A DNA stretch of 64,000 bases from Octopus sinensis (lineage: Eukaryota): contig NC_043001.1 of NCBI RefSeq assembly GCF_006345805.1, positions 27,652,001 to 27,716,000 on the forward strand, in the 5' to 3' direction. A program made the translations under genes and the position numbers. A model generated the notes under the pieces. That model ran no database searches. It was given only the letters and a program-made list of their open reading frames with translations, and had not been told where the DNA came from. Positions 1 to 11,512 of this stretch are shown here, piece by piece. Each line of letters begins with the position of its first letter. The first letter of the stretch is position 1.

Positions 1-204
1 CAGTGTCAGCTATGTTAGTGTTTCATTCAGGCTATAAAAGGAAATGACTAAATTCTGCAAGGATTTATTCCAGTTCTGCTACTCCACCAATAATTATATA
101 CTTTTTTGCCTTTTTATTTCTAGAGAAAAGGAAAAAGTATAAAACTGTTATAAGTCAAAACGGATTTGACACTTGGATGAACATCTGTTCTTTATTCAAT
201 ATAT

Positions 205-520
205 ATATACTTCCCTCACCAGCTCCAACCATTTCTCATTCTCCTCATACGCTCTTACAACCTCTACTCACCTACACTCGCAGCTCTTCTGTCCCCACTC
301 AAAATACAGGTACCTTGAGGGTTCACCCTTACACTTCGTCACTACTATTTTATCTCTCCAGCTTCTCCTGGGTTACTCTAATCCTCTCTTCAATAATGCG
401 ATTATCCGTGTATCTCTCACAAGAAATTTGTTCTGTTCTTGTTCCTGTCATATTTTAACTCCTAGCATAAAACCACAACCCTCTCTGCTGTAGCCCTACT
501 TCATCAAAGCACCAGCCCTT
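205..520. repeat. Old pyrimidine-rich interspersed repeat
   Basis: Shares recognisable blocks with 19980-20480 (same orientation) and 40140-40390 (opposite orientation), e.g. TATGCTAGGAG and GAGCTGGA(A)AGAGAT. Confidence 0.45.
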
Positions 521-624
521 TGGTCATTAAGGAGCTGTAATCCTGCCAAAGTCAACTTTGCCTTTCATCCCTCTAGGATTAGTAAGATAAAAATAAAGTA
601 CCAATCAAGGACTGGTGTTGATGA

Positions 625-652
625 CTCCTCCTCCTCCTCCCCCTCCTCCTCA

Positions 653-701
<49 letters not shown>

Positions 702-733
702 GTCAGTAGTAGTAGTAGCAGCAGCAGCAGCAG
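625..733. repeat. Compound trinucleotide microsatellite (CCT)(CAT)(TAG)(CAG)
   Basis: Direct reading; it generates the spurious poly-D/T/A ORF 579-839. Confidence 0.95.
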
Positions 734-734
734 T

Positions 735-945
735 TTGATGAGCTGGCAGATCCATTAGCATGTCAGGCAAAATGCTTAGCATTTCCTGTCTTCGTGTTCT
801 GAGTTCAAATTCCGTTGAGGTCAATTTTGCCTTTTTCATGCTCTTGGGATTGATAAAGTAAGTTCTAGTTGATCACTGAGGTCAATGTAATCAACTTACC
901 TCCACCCCAACCCCGAAATTACGGGCCTTGTGCCAAAATTTTAAA
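735..945 (+). mobile_element. tRNA-derived SINE, family A
   Basis: A-box-like TGGCAGATCC, B-box-like GTTCAAATTCC and the conserved block GAGGTCAA(C/T)TTTGCCTTT. Related copies at ~535-620, 3272-3450, 3785-3965, 4866-5003, 5270-5455, 20520-20705, 22550-22722 (+) and 21380-21595, 49690-49790, 54060-54270 (-). Confidence 0.85.
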
Positions 946-1566
946 TCATTATTATTACTATCAATAATATTAATACACTTAAAAATAATCCAGAATCCTT
1001 GTCCGGTACCTGATGAATCCCAATGGTAATCATGGAATGTGGAGGTAGCTGTAGAAAACTTAGTAACAGTAATAGATAGTTTATCCTTATCTAATACAAG
1101 CCAAAGTTAACAAATTCACCATTCAAAATAGTTTCGAAGGTAGAGGTATGATCATAAGTTCTACTCAGGAATTTTTAAATGAATAGTCTAAGACCTTTTG
1201 GTGCTCTCTTCTCTTAAATTCCTGCCTTCCTTTAATATGCCTGTTGGTTTAGATCGATGTATAGATGTATGTATATATGTAAGTATACTGTAAAATGTTA
1301 ATATGTATGTATAAAATATATGTAGTGGGAAATTTACTTATATATTATAAAAATATGTTAGTGTTGTTTAATTTCTGAATAGCTTTGCTGCCGTTTGTTT
1401 ATGTAGTTTGATTTCTTTATCGGTCAGTTTCTACTAAGATAGAGATGCAAGTAAAATTAATAATAGAGAAATGAAAATAAAACTTTGGAAGCTGCCTAAA
1501 GGGAGATAATTGAGAAAGACTTGAAAGTCAACATAAGATCATAATCATGTAAAGTAAATATAACAA

Positions 1567-1755
1567 ATATTCCAGAATCCTTGTCCGATACCAGATTGAT
1601 CCCAAAATCTAATCAGTTCATGCCAGTCACGAAGTCAAACATCCCTGAAAGTTTCATCTAAATCCATCCGGCAGTTCTTGAGATATTTTGTCCACGGACA
1701 AACAAACAAGCACGACTGAAAACAATACCTCTGCCTTCGCCAAGGCAGAGTTAAT
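1567..1755 (+). mobile_element. Helentron/DINE-like non-autonomous element 3' end
   Basis: AATCCATCC...GAGATATTTT...(ACAA)n body ending in a perfect 9-bp stem-loop CTCTGCCTT-CGCC-AAGGCAGAG (1729-1750). A partial second copy sits at ~984-1023. Confidence 0.5.
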
Positions 1756-2077
1756 TATGATAATAATAAAAGAAGTGCAATAGAACTAGTACATATGTTT
1801 ATTATCAGCATAATAGCCCTCCCAGGATACAACAAAAAGATGAGATTAACAGAGTAATAATCCAAAAAAATCATACACTTTGTCAGTACTCATTCTAGAA
1901 CCCTAATATATAGCTAAGTACTGTAAAATAGATAACCAAGTATTATATTGTTTTAGTCAATACTACTAACCTTAAAAAAAATAAAGATTTTTATAAAGAA
2001 ACAAACAAAATTCCCCAGATTAGTATGGAAGGAGAATTTGAAAAGTCATGTTTTTTCAGTGTTTATTTGCAGCAAAA

Positions 2078-2277
2078 CCCATTAGCATTCAGACCGGTGA
2101 AATCCAGCCAAAATATTTAACCTGTTTTATGTTGAAACTGATTAGATCTGGCCTCTCACCTCAACCTTACAATGCCATTCTAAAATTAAGTAACTGCAAC
2201 ATTGAAACCTATAAACTACAAGACAGTGCATGATAAATTCAAAACAATATAACTAGAGTATTCTGAATACTAAAGGG
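2078..2277. mobile_element. piggyBac-type MITE (family 1)
   Basis: Termini CCCATTAGCATTCAGA / TCTGAATACTAAAGGG followed by TTAA; the left TTAA is mutated. Related copies at 30715-30880 and 36876-37069. Confidence 0.65.
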
Positions 2278-3539
2278 TTAAACGAAGTGGGATGGTTGGA
2301 AATAAGAACTAAAACTGAGATATAGGCTCAGTTCAAAAATATCTTAGCTCAGTCTATTGATATTTGCCCTGTGTTATAATATTCATTTCTGGCATTGACA
2401 GAAGATCACATATTTGTAAGGGAGAAGATAAAAAGGGAAGTGAACCAACCACAATCAGCATAATTCATCAAATGACATTATCAATGCAGATTTCTATGAA
2501 TATCATAAAAATTCCTGTGTAATAAAACTGTGCTACTGCCCATGCCTTTGACATTATAATGATGAAGATATTAACTTTTGTCTGGCAGTTATTGAAGGAA
2601 TTTTTACGCTTGATATTGAATTGATAACCGCATGCTTAGTTGTGCTTATTTTATGAACCCTTATGAGATAAAAGGTAAAACTAATATGAATATAAACACT
2701 GAACGTTGAAAGATAAAACTAAATTCTGTTAGGCATGTAGTCCATTTACCTACTGATAAACATTATAAACATTTACACTATCAAAGAAGCCTTGTCATAA
2801 TATTTTTAACTAAATTTCTTTTTTTTTTCTTCTAAGCTGGCATAAATTGGATAAATCATTTGGCAAAAAACCAAATCTGAAATCAGCATAAAACTTGTGG
2901 CATAAACTGGGTCACAACCAATTATGTAAAGGGTGTGTTACAATTTTATGCATTAAGACATGTATTTGGAGCCAATTCAATTTCATTTTCCTTTTTCACT
3001 GGAATGGCAGAATAGAGGTGCTTTCTTACTGTGCCATGTTTTGTCATCTGGTTTTAATTCCCAATTGTATTTTATATTCCTAAAGCTTTTGAAAAGGCAT
3101 GAATGCCATTCAATATCATTTCTTCTCCACCCTAAATCAAAGGGTAATTGTCCATTCATTAAATTAGTATTATTTTTTTTAAATTAATATTATTGTTATT
3201 TTTTATATTGTTGTTTATGTTGTTGCTGTTGTTGTTTTTTTTTTTTGTTGCTGCTGCTGCTGTTGTTGTTAATGAAAGGATGGCAGTCTTAGTAAAATAC
3301 TGGATAAAATGCTTTTCAGTATTCAGTTACATATTTTGACATTCTGAGCTGAAATCCTGCCAGAGTTGATATTGCCTTTCATCTTTCCAGGTCAATGGGG
3401 TTGAATGAATCGATTATATTCCCCACCTCCACTTAAACAGTATGACTCAGTGTCTAATTTAGAAATTATTACTATTATTATCATCATCCTCATCTTGTGT
3501 TGAGAGGATTGCATCACTACTATCCTTACTTTTTTTAAA

Positions 3540-3705
3540 TTGATGTTTAACCACGTATACTTGATTTCTTTATTTTTTTATCATCCCATTCTATGTAATT
3601 CCTCACCCTTTATATCCGTCTTTGTATTGTTCTCCTCATCCATTGCCCTGATGGCAAATAAAGAAATCATTATCATCCATTGCCCTGATGGCAAATAAAG
3701 AAATC
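3540..3705 (+). mobile_element. LINE-like 3' terminus with 37-bp tandem duplication
   Basis: ...CATTGCCCTGATGGCAAATAAAGAAATC occurs twice (3637 and 3674), followed by a (CAT)n tract. Confidence 0.45.
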
Positions 3706-4232
3706 CTCCTCCTCCTCCTCATCATCATCATCATCACCATCATCATCATCATTATCATCATCATCATCATCATCACTATTACTAAGAAGGTGGTGAGCTG
3801 GCTGAATCATTAGCATGTTGGGTGAAATGCTTAGCAGTATTTCATCTGCCTTTACATTTTGAGTTCAAATTCCACTGAGGTTGACTTTGCCTTTCATCTT
3901 TTCATGGTTGATAAATTAAGTACCAGTGAAACACTGGGGTCAATATAATCGACTAGCCCCCTCCCTCACTGACTTGGTCTCCTAGGTAACGGAAGCTGTC
4001 AACTACTTCTAGTTTTTCTCCCTGGAATGTGGCGGAAGTTGTTCTCTGCACATTTTCAGTGTTACATATTGCTCCCAAGCATCTGCCACATACAAAAACT
4101 AACCTCCAAATTAGCCTTCCTTTCATATTGCTGCACCTCTTATGTGTCCATATCTTACACTGGGTACATCTTACAGAGTTTCTACCTATGCCTTTTATGC
4201 AGATCGAGCAGGGCCATCTACCTTATTATTAA

Positions 4233-4272
<40 letters not shown>

Positions 4273-4827
4273 GAGTGAGAGAGCAGTGCATGCCATCAAA
4301 GTGACACTGGGGTAAAATATACGAAACCCAGTATACCCATCATGACTACCCATCTGATAAGGGTACACCAGGCACATGCATCACAACCATATGTGCACGA
4401 CATGGTGATTTCATATCAAGATAAACAGCACATGACCTTGCGGGTGGGGCCCAGGTAGAATTTTCTTTTGGTCGAGTAACCCATCCTACTCAAAAGGTCC
4501 CTGAATAAGGGTTGTTTAAGGATGTTGAACAAAACACCCATGTTTCCTGAGGTGAATTATTCAAACCCCAAAGAATTCCTCTCAACACATGGCTATGATG
4601 CTCCCCCACTACTTCTGCTCGTGATCAGAGATGCACATATCGTCAGCCACTAAGGGACATACTCAACTGGTTAAGGTCAAACAACTGACAAGCAAATCTG
4701 TGGTATTGAGCGGAATATTTGCTGTAGCCCATCTTTTATACCAAGACAAAACAATGTACATGATAAAACTTCCAATCAGTTAAGATCAGAAGCCATGAGA
4801 GCCACTGCCTGGTACTGCATCAGGGCA
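4273..4827 (-). mobile_element. ~555-bp non-coding retroelement embedded in (ATT)n
   Basis: A GC-elevated block flanked on both sides by (ATT)n; on the minus strand it ends CTCTCACTC-(AAT)n. Confidence 0.6.
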
Positions 4828-4831
4828 TTTA

Positions 4832-4868
<37 letters not shown>

Positions 4869-5505
4869 GGCAGAAGCTGTCAAAAACCATCAGCATGTTG
4901 AGCAAAATGCTTAGTGGCATTTTGTCCATCCTTATGTTCTGAGTTCAAGTTCTGAGGTTGACTTTGCCTTTCATCCTTTCCAAGGTCGATAAATTCAGTA
5001 CCAATTGAACTCTAAACCTAGTCTAACTCTTAGAACATTCATGGGCATTTCAGAAGTTTCAGTTTCCAATACTAGATATAAAAGGTTGTTGGTGGGATTG
5101 TATGGTGCCTGAACAAACCTAGGTGGGGATTTCTCATCCGTGTGTAGTTGGGTTGTCTTGTTGGTTATTATATTTCTATTTATATACTTATGTGTATACT
5201 TATTGTTTATTTTGGGTAATTTATGTTTACTGACCAATTTTAATGTTTTAATATATTGCATAATGTAAGGTGACAAGCCAGCAGAAACATTAGCATGCCG
5301 GGCAAAATGTTTAATGGTATTTTGTCTGTCTTTACGTTCTGCATTCAAATTCTGCTGAGGTTGGCTTTGCTTTTCATCCTTTTGGGGTCAATAAATTAAG
5401 TACCAGTTGCATACTGGCCCCTTCCCCAAAAATTTCAGACCTTGTGCCTAGAGTAGAAAAGAATATATTCCATAACGTTTTCGTAAGCCCCATAATTTTT
5501 TATAT

Positions 5506-5810
5506 ACTCTTTACTCTCTTTACTCTTTTACTTGTTTCAGTCATTTGACTGTGGCCATGCTGGAGCACCACCTTTAGTCGAGCAAATCGATCCCAGGACT
5601 TATTCTTTGTAAGCCCAGTACTTTTTCTATTGATCTCTTTTGCCGACCCGCTAAGTTACGGGGACATAACACACCAGCATCAGTTGTCAAGCGATGTTAG
5701 GGGGACAAACACAGACACACAAACGTATGCACACATACATACATATATACATATATAGACATATATGTGACGGGCTTCTTTCAGTTTCTGTCTACCAAAT
5801 CCACTCACAA
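5506..5810 (-). mobile_element. CORE-like tRNA-derived SINE family B1 (3' part)
   Basis: Tail GGCGGTGCTCCAGCATGGCC.CAGTC...GAAACAAGTAAAAGAG. Other B1 copies at 8125-8190, 14953-15325 (-) and 21640-21905, 23340-23730, 51570-51780, 55470-55830, 59380-59610 (+). Confidence 0.85.
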
Positions 5811-6199
5811 CTGTGCATATATATACCCACATGTTCTCAACTATCTCTTTGAAATACATTTTGCATGAAAGGATCCAGACAGTATATTAAATAAAAAGGT
5901 CATCGTCTTCTTCTTCTTCTTCTTCTTCTTCTTTTTTGTTAGAAATTAGATTCTTGATGAAATCAATAAAAAAATTTGCAAAAATATATTTCATCATTAG
6001 AGGAATTACACTATAGAGCAAAAAAATGCAGCATTTTTATTCCATGGCCCACAGACAGAGGCAAGAATGGTATGTAACTTATGCCAATAAAATAACAAAC
6101 ATGAAATCTTAGAATACACCCAGTGAGAAAGTACAGCCTATTCCCTTAAGTTATTTAAATAATAAGTTTATAAAGTTACACAACACACACACATATAGG

Positions 6200-6612
6200 T
6201 TCATGCATACATACATACATACACACACGTGCTTGCATACATACATATATACATATGTACACATATACACATATGCATGCATACATTCATACATACATAC
6301 ATACATATATGTGTATGTATGCATGTATATGCACATATACATCCATACATAGGTACATACATACATACATACATATGTACGTATGTACGTACATGCATAC
6401 ATACATACGTAGTACATACATACATACATATATGTGTATGTATGCATGTATATACACATATACATCCATACATAGGTCCATACATACATGCATACATACA
6501 TATGTACGTACGTACATACATACATACACATGCACATACATACATACATGCGTATTTACATACATACATACGTACACACACACATACATATGTACATACA
6601 TACATACATACA
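6200..6612. repeat. Complex (TACA)n microsatellite with an internal ~124-bp higher-order duplication
   Basis: Direct reading; source of the ORFs at 6151-6660. Confidence 0.95.
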
Positions 6613-6914
6613 GTAAACCCTTGTTTTAAGAGACCCCAATTTAACAAATTTCAGATTTAGCGGACCAAATGATTGTAATACAATGCTTTAATAAAGTTTG
6701 AAAAGTTAAAAATTACATGAAATAGTAAACAAAAGATATAAACTTTTTATGGGGAGAGAGAGGGACAGAGAGAGAGAGAGGATTGAGAAGGACAGAGAGA
6801 GAGAGAGGAATGAGAGGGAGAGAGAGAGAGAAGTAAGAATTTTTTTATTTGTTTATTTTCCTTAGAGCAATAGGAAAGGGACTAACAGAAAAGCATAAAA
6901 CAAGTAACAGCAAA

Positions 6915-7590
6915 TCATCATCATCATTTAATGTCTGTTTCTCATGCTGGCATGGGTTAGACGTTTGTTTTTGTTTGTTCCTTCTTGAGCCATGCCTGGC
7001 TCATAAGGGCCGGTTTCCTGGTTTCATTGGCGTATAGGTTCCCCACATGGACAGGACGCCGGTCTGTCGCAGGTGAGCTGCAAGATGCAAGAGGAAAGAG
7101 TGAGAGAAAGTTGTGGCGAAAGAGTCAGCAGAAGCTCGCCATTACCTTCTGCCGAAGCTGCGTAGAATTTAGGTGTTTCGCTCATAAACACACACATCGC
7201 CCAGCCTGAGATTCGAACCCATGATCCCTCGACTACGAATCTGCTGCTCTAACCACTAGGCCATGTGGCTCCATACATGGGTTAGATGTTTTGACTGGAA
7301 CTGGTAAGCCGGAGAGCTGCACCAGGTCCCAGACTGGTGCAGCTCTCCGGCTTACCATGTCCCAGACTGTTTTGGCTTGGTTTCTATAGTTGGGTGCCCT
7401 TCCTAACACCAACCACTCCACAGAGTATACAGGATGTTTTTTGCATGTCACCAGCACAGGAGCCCTTAATGTGTCACTGGCAAGGGGTTACTTAATACAA
7501 GTCAGCGACATGACATGGAGCGCCTTCTACATGTCACCTGCACGGGGTACCTCTTGTGCATCACTGGTATGGGGTGCCTTTTGTTCGACA
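6915..7590 (-). mobile_element. RTE-type LINE 3' UTR (interrupted by a SINE)
   Basis: (CAT)n-TTTAATGTC... terminus and the motif GGTGCCCTTCCTAACACCAACCACTCC. Confidence 0.75.
6967..7272 (-). mobile_element. tRNA-derived SINE (family D) inserted into an RTE tail with a 16-bp TSD
   Basis: Head on minus strand GGAGCCACATGGCCTAGTGGTTAGAGC...GGTTCGAATCTC. TSD CATGGGTTAGAYGTTT at 6951-6966 and 7276-7291. Confidence 0.8.
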
Positions 7591-7884
7591 CCAGCAAGTA
7601 GTGAATTGAATGAGAGAAAGGTTGAGTATTGCATTTGAGTAGAATGAGAGAGAGAGAGAGAGATATGGACTCTGTGTTACCTTCAATTTACTGGATCATT
7701 CAACAGTAACACTATAATTTTTTTTCTTAGTGAAGTATACCATGTGTACTTCAGCTGTTTTGTTTATATTGTATTCCATATATACTTGTATGTATTTATC
7801 ATTTTTTTAATTTTATCCTGCCTCAGTAAATAAATCCCACTATTAGTTTATTAAATTCAGAGCTAACTATATATGTGTGTATGT

Positions 7885-7998
7885 ATGTTGTGGTGGTGGT
7901 GATGACAGCAGCAACAGCAGTGGTGGTGGAGTTGTTGTTGTTGTTGTTGTTGTTGTGGTGGTGGTGGTGTGGTGGTGGTGGTGGTAGTAGTAGTAGTA
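7885..7998. repeat. (GTG)/(GTT)/(GTA) microsatellite
   Basis: Direct reading. Confidence 0.95.
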
Positions 7999-7999
7999 T

Positions 8000-8095
8000 T
8001 TGGGAGAGAATTTCTTTAGGCAAGATTCAGTTTGGGCTTGTTCCAGGCCAGGGAGAAACTGGTGATGCCTTCTCAGTCAGACAACTGCAGGAAGA
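8000..8095 (+). mobile_element. RTE reverse-transcriptase fragment
   Basis: Translates ERISLGKIQFGLVPGQGETGDAFSVRQLQEE, matching the QFGF.PG.STTDAIF..RQLQEK motif. Confidence 0.7.
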
Positions 8096-8881
8096 AGTTT
8101 TTCATTCAGAATTTGTCTCTGCCTTTTATCTTCTATCTTTTGCTTGTTTCAGTCATTAGACTGTGACCATGCTGGAGCACCATCTTCAAGAATTTTTTTA
8201 TTGAATGTAGTCAAGACATAAAAATAAACAAAAATCAACATACCAGACGAACACCACATGTATCCAGCGTAGTACATAGAAATTGTTTACACATATATAT
8301 CTATGTAAAAGGTAGGCTTTTCGAATTGCATTTTAGTACTCGTGTTTATTCAGAATAAAATTCAGCAATGAATAGATTCCGGTTAAATTTACAATTTAGA
8401 TATAGGATAAAATCTTTATAAGAATTTATCAAGTAGTTAGCATTAAAAACCTCATAAAGGAAAAATTTATTAATTATTCCCTATAAATATATTTATTTAT
8501 ATTAAGGGCATTACTATACATAAATGCCTCACGCTAGGAGGGACTCTTAAAGTCAAAACTACTATAATAACCACATTGATTTTTGTTTATTTTTATGTGT
8601 CTTGACTATGCTTGCACTGACGAGTGAAAAGTGAATTTTGTGCATTAATTACAAAATCATATGATATGCAGTTGAGTCTGTCTTTAGGAGGCTTGCTTTG
8701 AGAGTTGCATTCCCTCGCATTTGGTACAATGTGGTAGACTCATCAAACCAAGTGGAAACATAGTCATAGCCAATACTGGTGTCACGTGACTGGCACCTGT
8801 GCCAATAATACATTGAAAGCATCAATTATGCTCTTGGAGTTATTGGGTTAGGAAGGGTGTGCGAAAACAGACTGGAACTTG

Positions 8882-8935
8882 GTGATCGAGACTGGAATAA
8901 AATTGTAATTACAATTTTATTCTAGTCTTGATCAC
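8882..8935. repeat. 54-bp loopless palindrome
   Basis: GTGATCGAGACTGGAATAAAATTGTAA / TTACAATTTTATTCTAGTCTTGATCAC; 27-bp arms with two C/T mismatches. Confidence 0.9.
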
Positions 8936-9974
8936 AACTATCCGATGAGCAGGAACGCAAAACTTGGAGTCACATTTTTTTTGTGATGTTTTGCAACTTC
9001 AATAAAAAACATATACTATCTTTCATATTCAAGCACTGTTTTTTTACACCTTGTTTTGCATTTATGTGCTTATTCGTGTGTGTGTGTGTGTGACCAAGAC
9101 TTTGAAATCACTATCAATAATATTCTTGTATAGAATTAAAGAATTATAATTTGTACTCTACAAACATATGGAGCAATCCTTGTTCTCTTAGGACTGAGCA
9201 TAAAAACCAACACTAATATATCTATATGTCTGTGTGTGTTTGTATGTATGTGTGTGTGTGTATTTGTACACACACATGCACACACACACACACATACACA
9301 CACACACACACGCATACACATATACATATAAATTAAACAGAAAAAGAGAGAAAAGTTGAGATAAATATAATTTCTCTATAAATAGCTCATGACATTCTAT
9401 TTACTTCATTGGTTTCTCTTCAATGTGTAGCAAAGATAACAATTTAACTATGAAGGTCGAGCTGGCACAAATATAAGACTTCTGGATCAGATGCTGTACA
9501 GCATCTAATTTTATACTTCCCATTTCTAGTTCCAAATCACAATGCCTCTCTCTTTCCTCATTCTCCCATTCCTTTTTCTCCATCACACTCTCCCATTCCC
9601 CTTCTGTATATCTCCCCCACCTATCTCTCTGTCTCTCTTTCTCTGGGAAGGTGAGATGAACAAATAGTCTTAGAAGTCAATCTATCATATCACTTCCTTA
9701 TTTGTAGATATAGAAGATCCATATTAATTTATGCTAAAATATTTTGGGTATGATAGAATGAGATCACCATCACAAAGAGATTCCCTCACTCATTGTTGCT
9801 TTTGCATCTAGAACATTGTTGCCAGCAGAGGCATGCTTGTTATCAAAGCTTATTTGGGTGAACTGAAATTAGTTAACGAGGCAGGGTGGGTGGGTGAATG
9901 TTCAAGTCTTTGTTGCATGATTTCTGCTAAGTGAAAGAAGTGTTTTCTTTGTTTTCTGACTTATGTATATATAT

Positions 9975-10305
9975 GTGCTGGTGGCATGTAAAAAGCACAA
10001 TCCAAGCTTGGCCGATGCCAGCACCACCCTTGACTGGCTTCCATGCCAGTGGCATGTAAAAAGCATCAACCAATCATGGCCGTTGCCAACTTCCTCTGAC
10101 CCCTGTGCCAGTGGCATGTAAAAAGCACCCACTACACCCACGGAGTGGTTGGCGTTAGGAAGGGCATCAAGCTGTAGAAACACTGCCAGATCAGACTGGA
10201 GCCTGGTGCAGCCTCCTGGCTTCCCAGACCCCAGTCGAACCGTCCAACCCATGCTAGCATGGAAAACGGACGTTAAACAATGATGATAATGATGATGATG
10301 ATGAT
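9975..10305 (+). mobile_element. RTE 3' UTR/tail
   Basis: Tandem GTGCCAGTGGCATGTAAAAAGCAC units, GGCGTTAGGAAGGGCATC, ending GGACGTTAAAC(AATGAT)n. Confidence 0.9.
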
Positions 10306-10574
10306 ATATGACAAACTTCTTTCAGTTTCCATTCCACCAAATCTACTGAACCAGTTGTAATACAATAGGATTAAGCCTAAAACCATGGGGCTAAGTGGCA
10401 TACTTACTAACCACACAGCCATCCCCATATGGAAAATATACTTGATTCTGTGCTGCTACTGTTTACTTCTCACTCAGAGATTTATTATTGCTTGTTTCAG
10501 CGACAGTTTGTCACTGGAAAAAGCACATAGTATTTTGTATTTGGAATGAGTTCTCATCGATAGCTGGTGATTAT

Positions 10575-10619
10575 CACACACTGATGACAGGTTATTACTC
10601 AGAAACCTGGGTCTGTGTG
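10575..10619 (+). ncRNA. Minimal type-I hammerhead ribozyme-like motif (probably a decayed Penelope-type copy)
   Basis: CACACA (stem I) - CTGATGA (10581-87) - CAGGTTATTACTCA (imperfect stem II) - GAAA (10602-05) - CCTGGG - TC - TGTGTG (stem I complement). Stem III region ACCTGGGT is self-complementary with G-U pairs. Confidence 0.55.
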
Positions 10620-10794
10620 TATCCCATAAGGCTAGAGATAGGAATGTTGATTTCCCTTCACAAATACTAATCAGACACAGACAGTGTGCTGTTAGCCAGC
10701 TGGAAGAGATGTCTTCCTGGAGCTATAAACAACAGTCACATCGCCCCCTATGGGTCTGCCACATTTAGGTGGCAAATATACTTCACGATATATG

Positions 10795-10825
<31 letters not shown>

Positions 10826-10837
10826 TATATATATACG

Positions 10838-11030
10838 TAAAGCACCACTGATGCTTTATTTCTGGTAAGACAGCTGCAGGATAAATTCCTGGCCAAAAAT
10901 AAACCTCAGTACTTGACTTTTGTTTACTTGGAGAAAGCCTTTGAGAGGGTCCCCCAATCCCTTATCTGGTGGTCAATGAGGAAGCTAGGGATAGATGAGT
11001 GGTTGGTAAGAGCTATACAGCTCCCTGTTA
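10838..11030 (+). mobile_element. RTE reverse-transcriptase fragment
   Basis: TTDALFLVRQLQDKFLAKNKPQYLTFVYLEKAFERVPQSLIWWSMRKLGIDEWLVRAIQ. Confidence 0.85.
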
Positions 11031-11339
11031 CTCTCACTCTTCCTGACCTTCCAGGCCTGTTTCTTTGCTCTAATGGCCCTGTCTATGACATTGTTCCACC
11101 ACCATATTACCCTAGGTCTGGATGGGGTTTTGCACCAACATACATTACACAATCACTCTCCCCCCTCCCACACACACGATGGGCTTCTTTCAGTTTCTGT
11201 CAACTAAATCCACTCAGAGGGCTTTGATTGAACTAGGACAAATGTAGAAAACACTTATCTAATGTGCCATGCAGTGGTACTGAACCCAGACCCATTTGGC
11301 TGGGAAGTAAACTTTTTACTCGCAGTCACACTTGTATGT

Positions 11340-11378
11340 ATAGACAGGCAGATATATAGATAGATAAATAGATAGATG

Positions 11379-11439
<61 letters not shown>

Positions 11440-11464
11440 ATAGACAGATAGATAGATGGATAGC

Positions 11465-11512
<48 letters not shown>

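Noticed and set aside
6151-6660. Overlapping 100-150 aa ORFs on both strands (also 11255-11709, 18258-18559, 29738-30283, 34852-35326)
   Set aside because: They are translations of stop-free microsatellites.
7195-7272. tRNA gene
   Set aside because: A and B boxes are present, but there is no closed acceptor stem and the sequence continues into a SINE body with a TSD.
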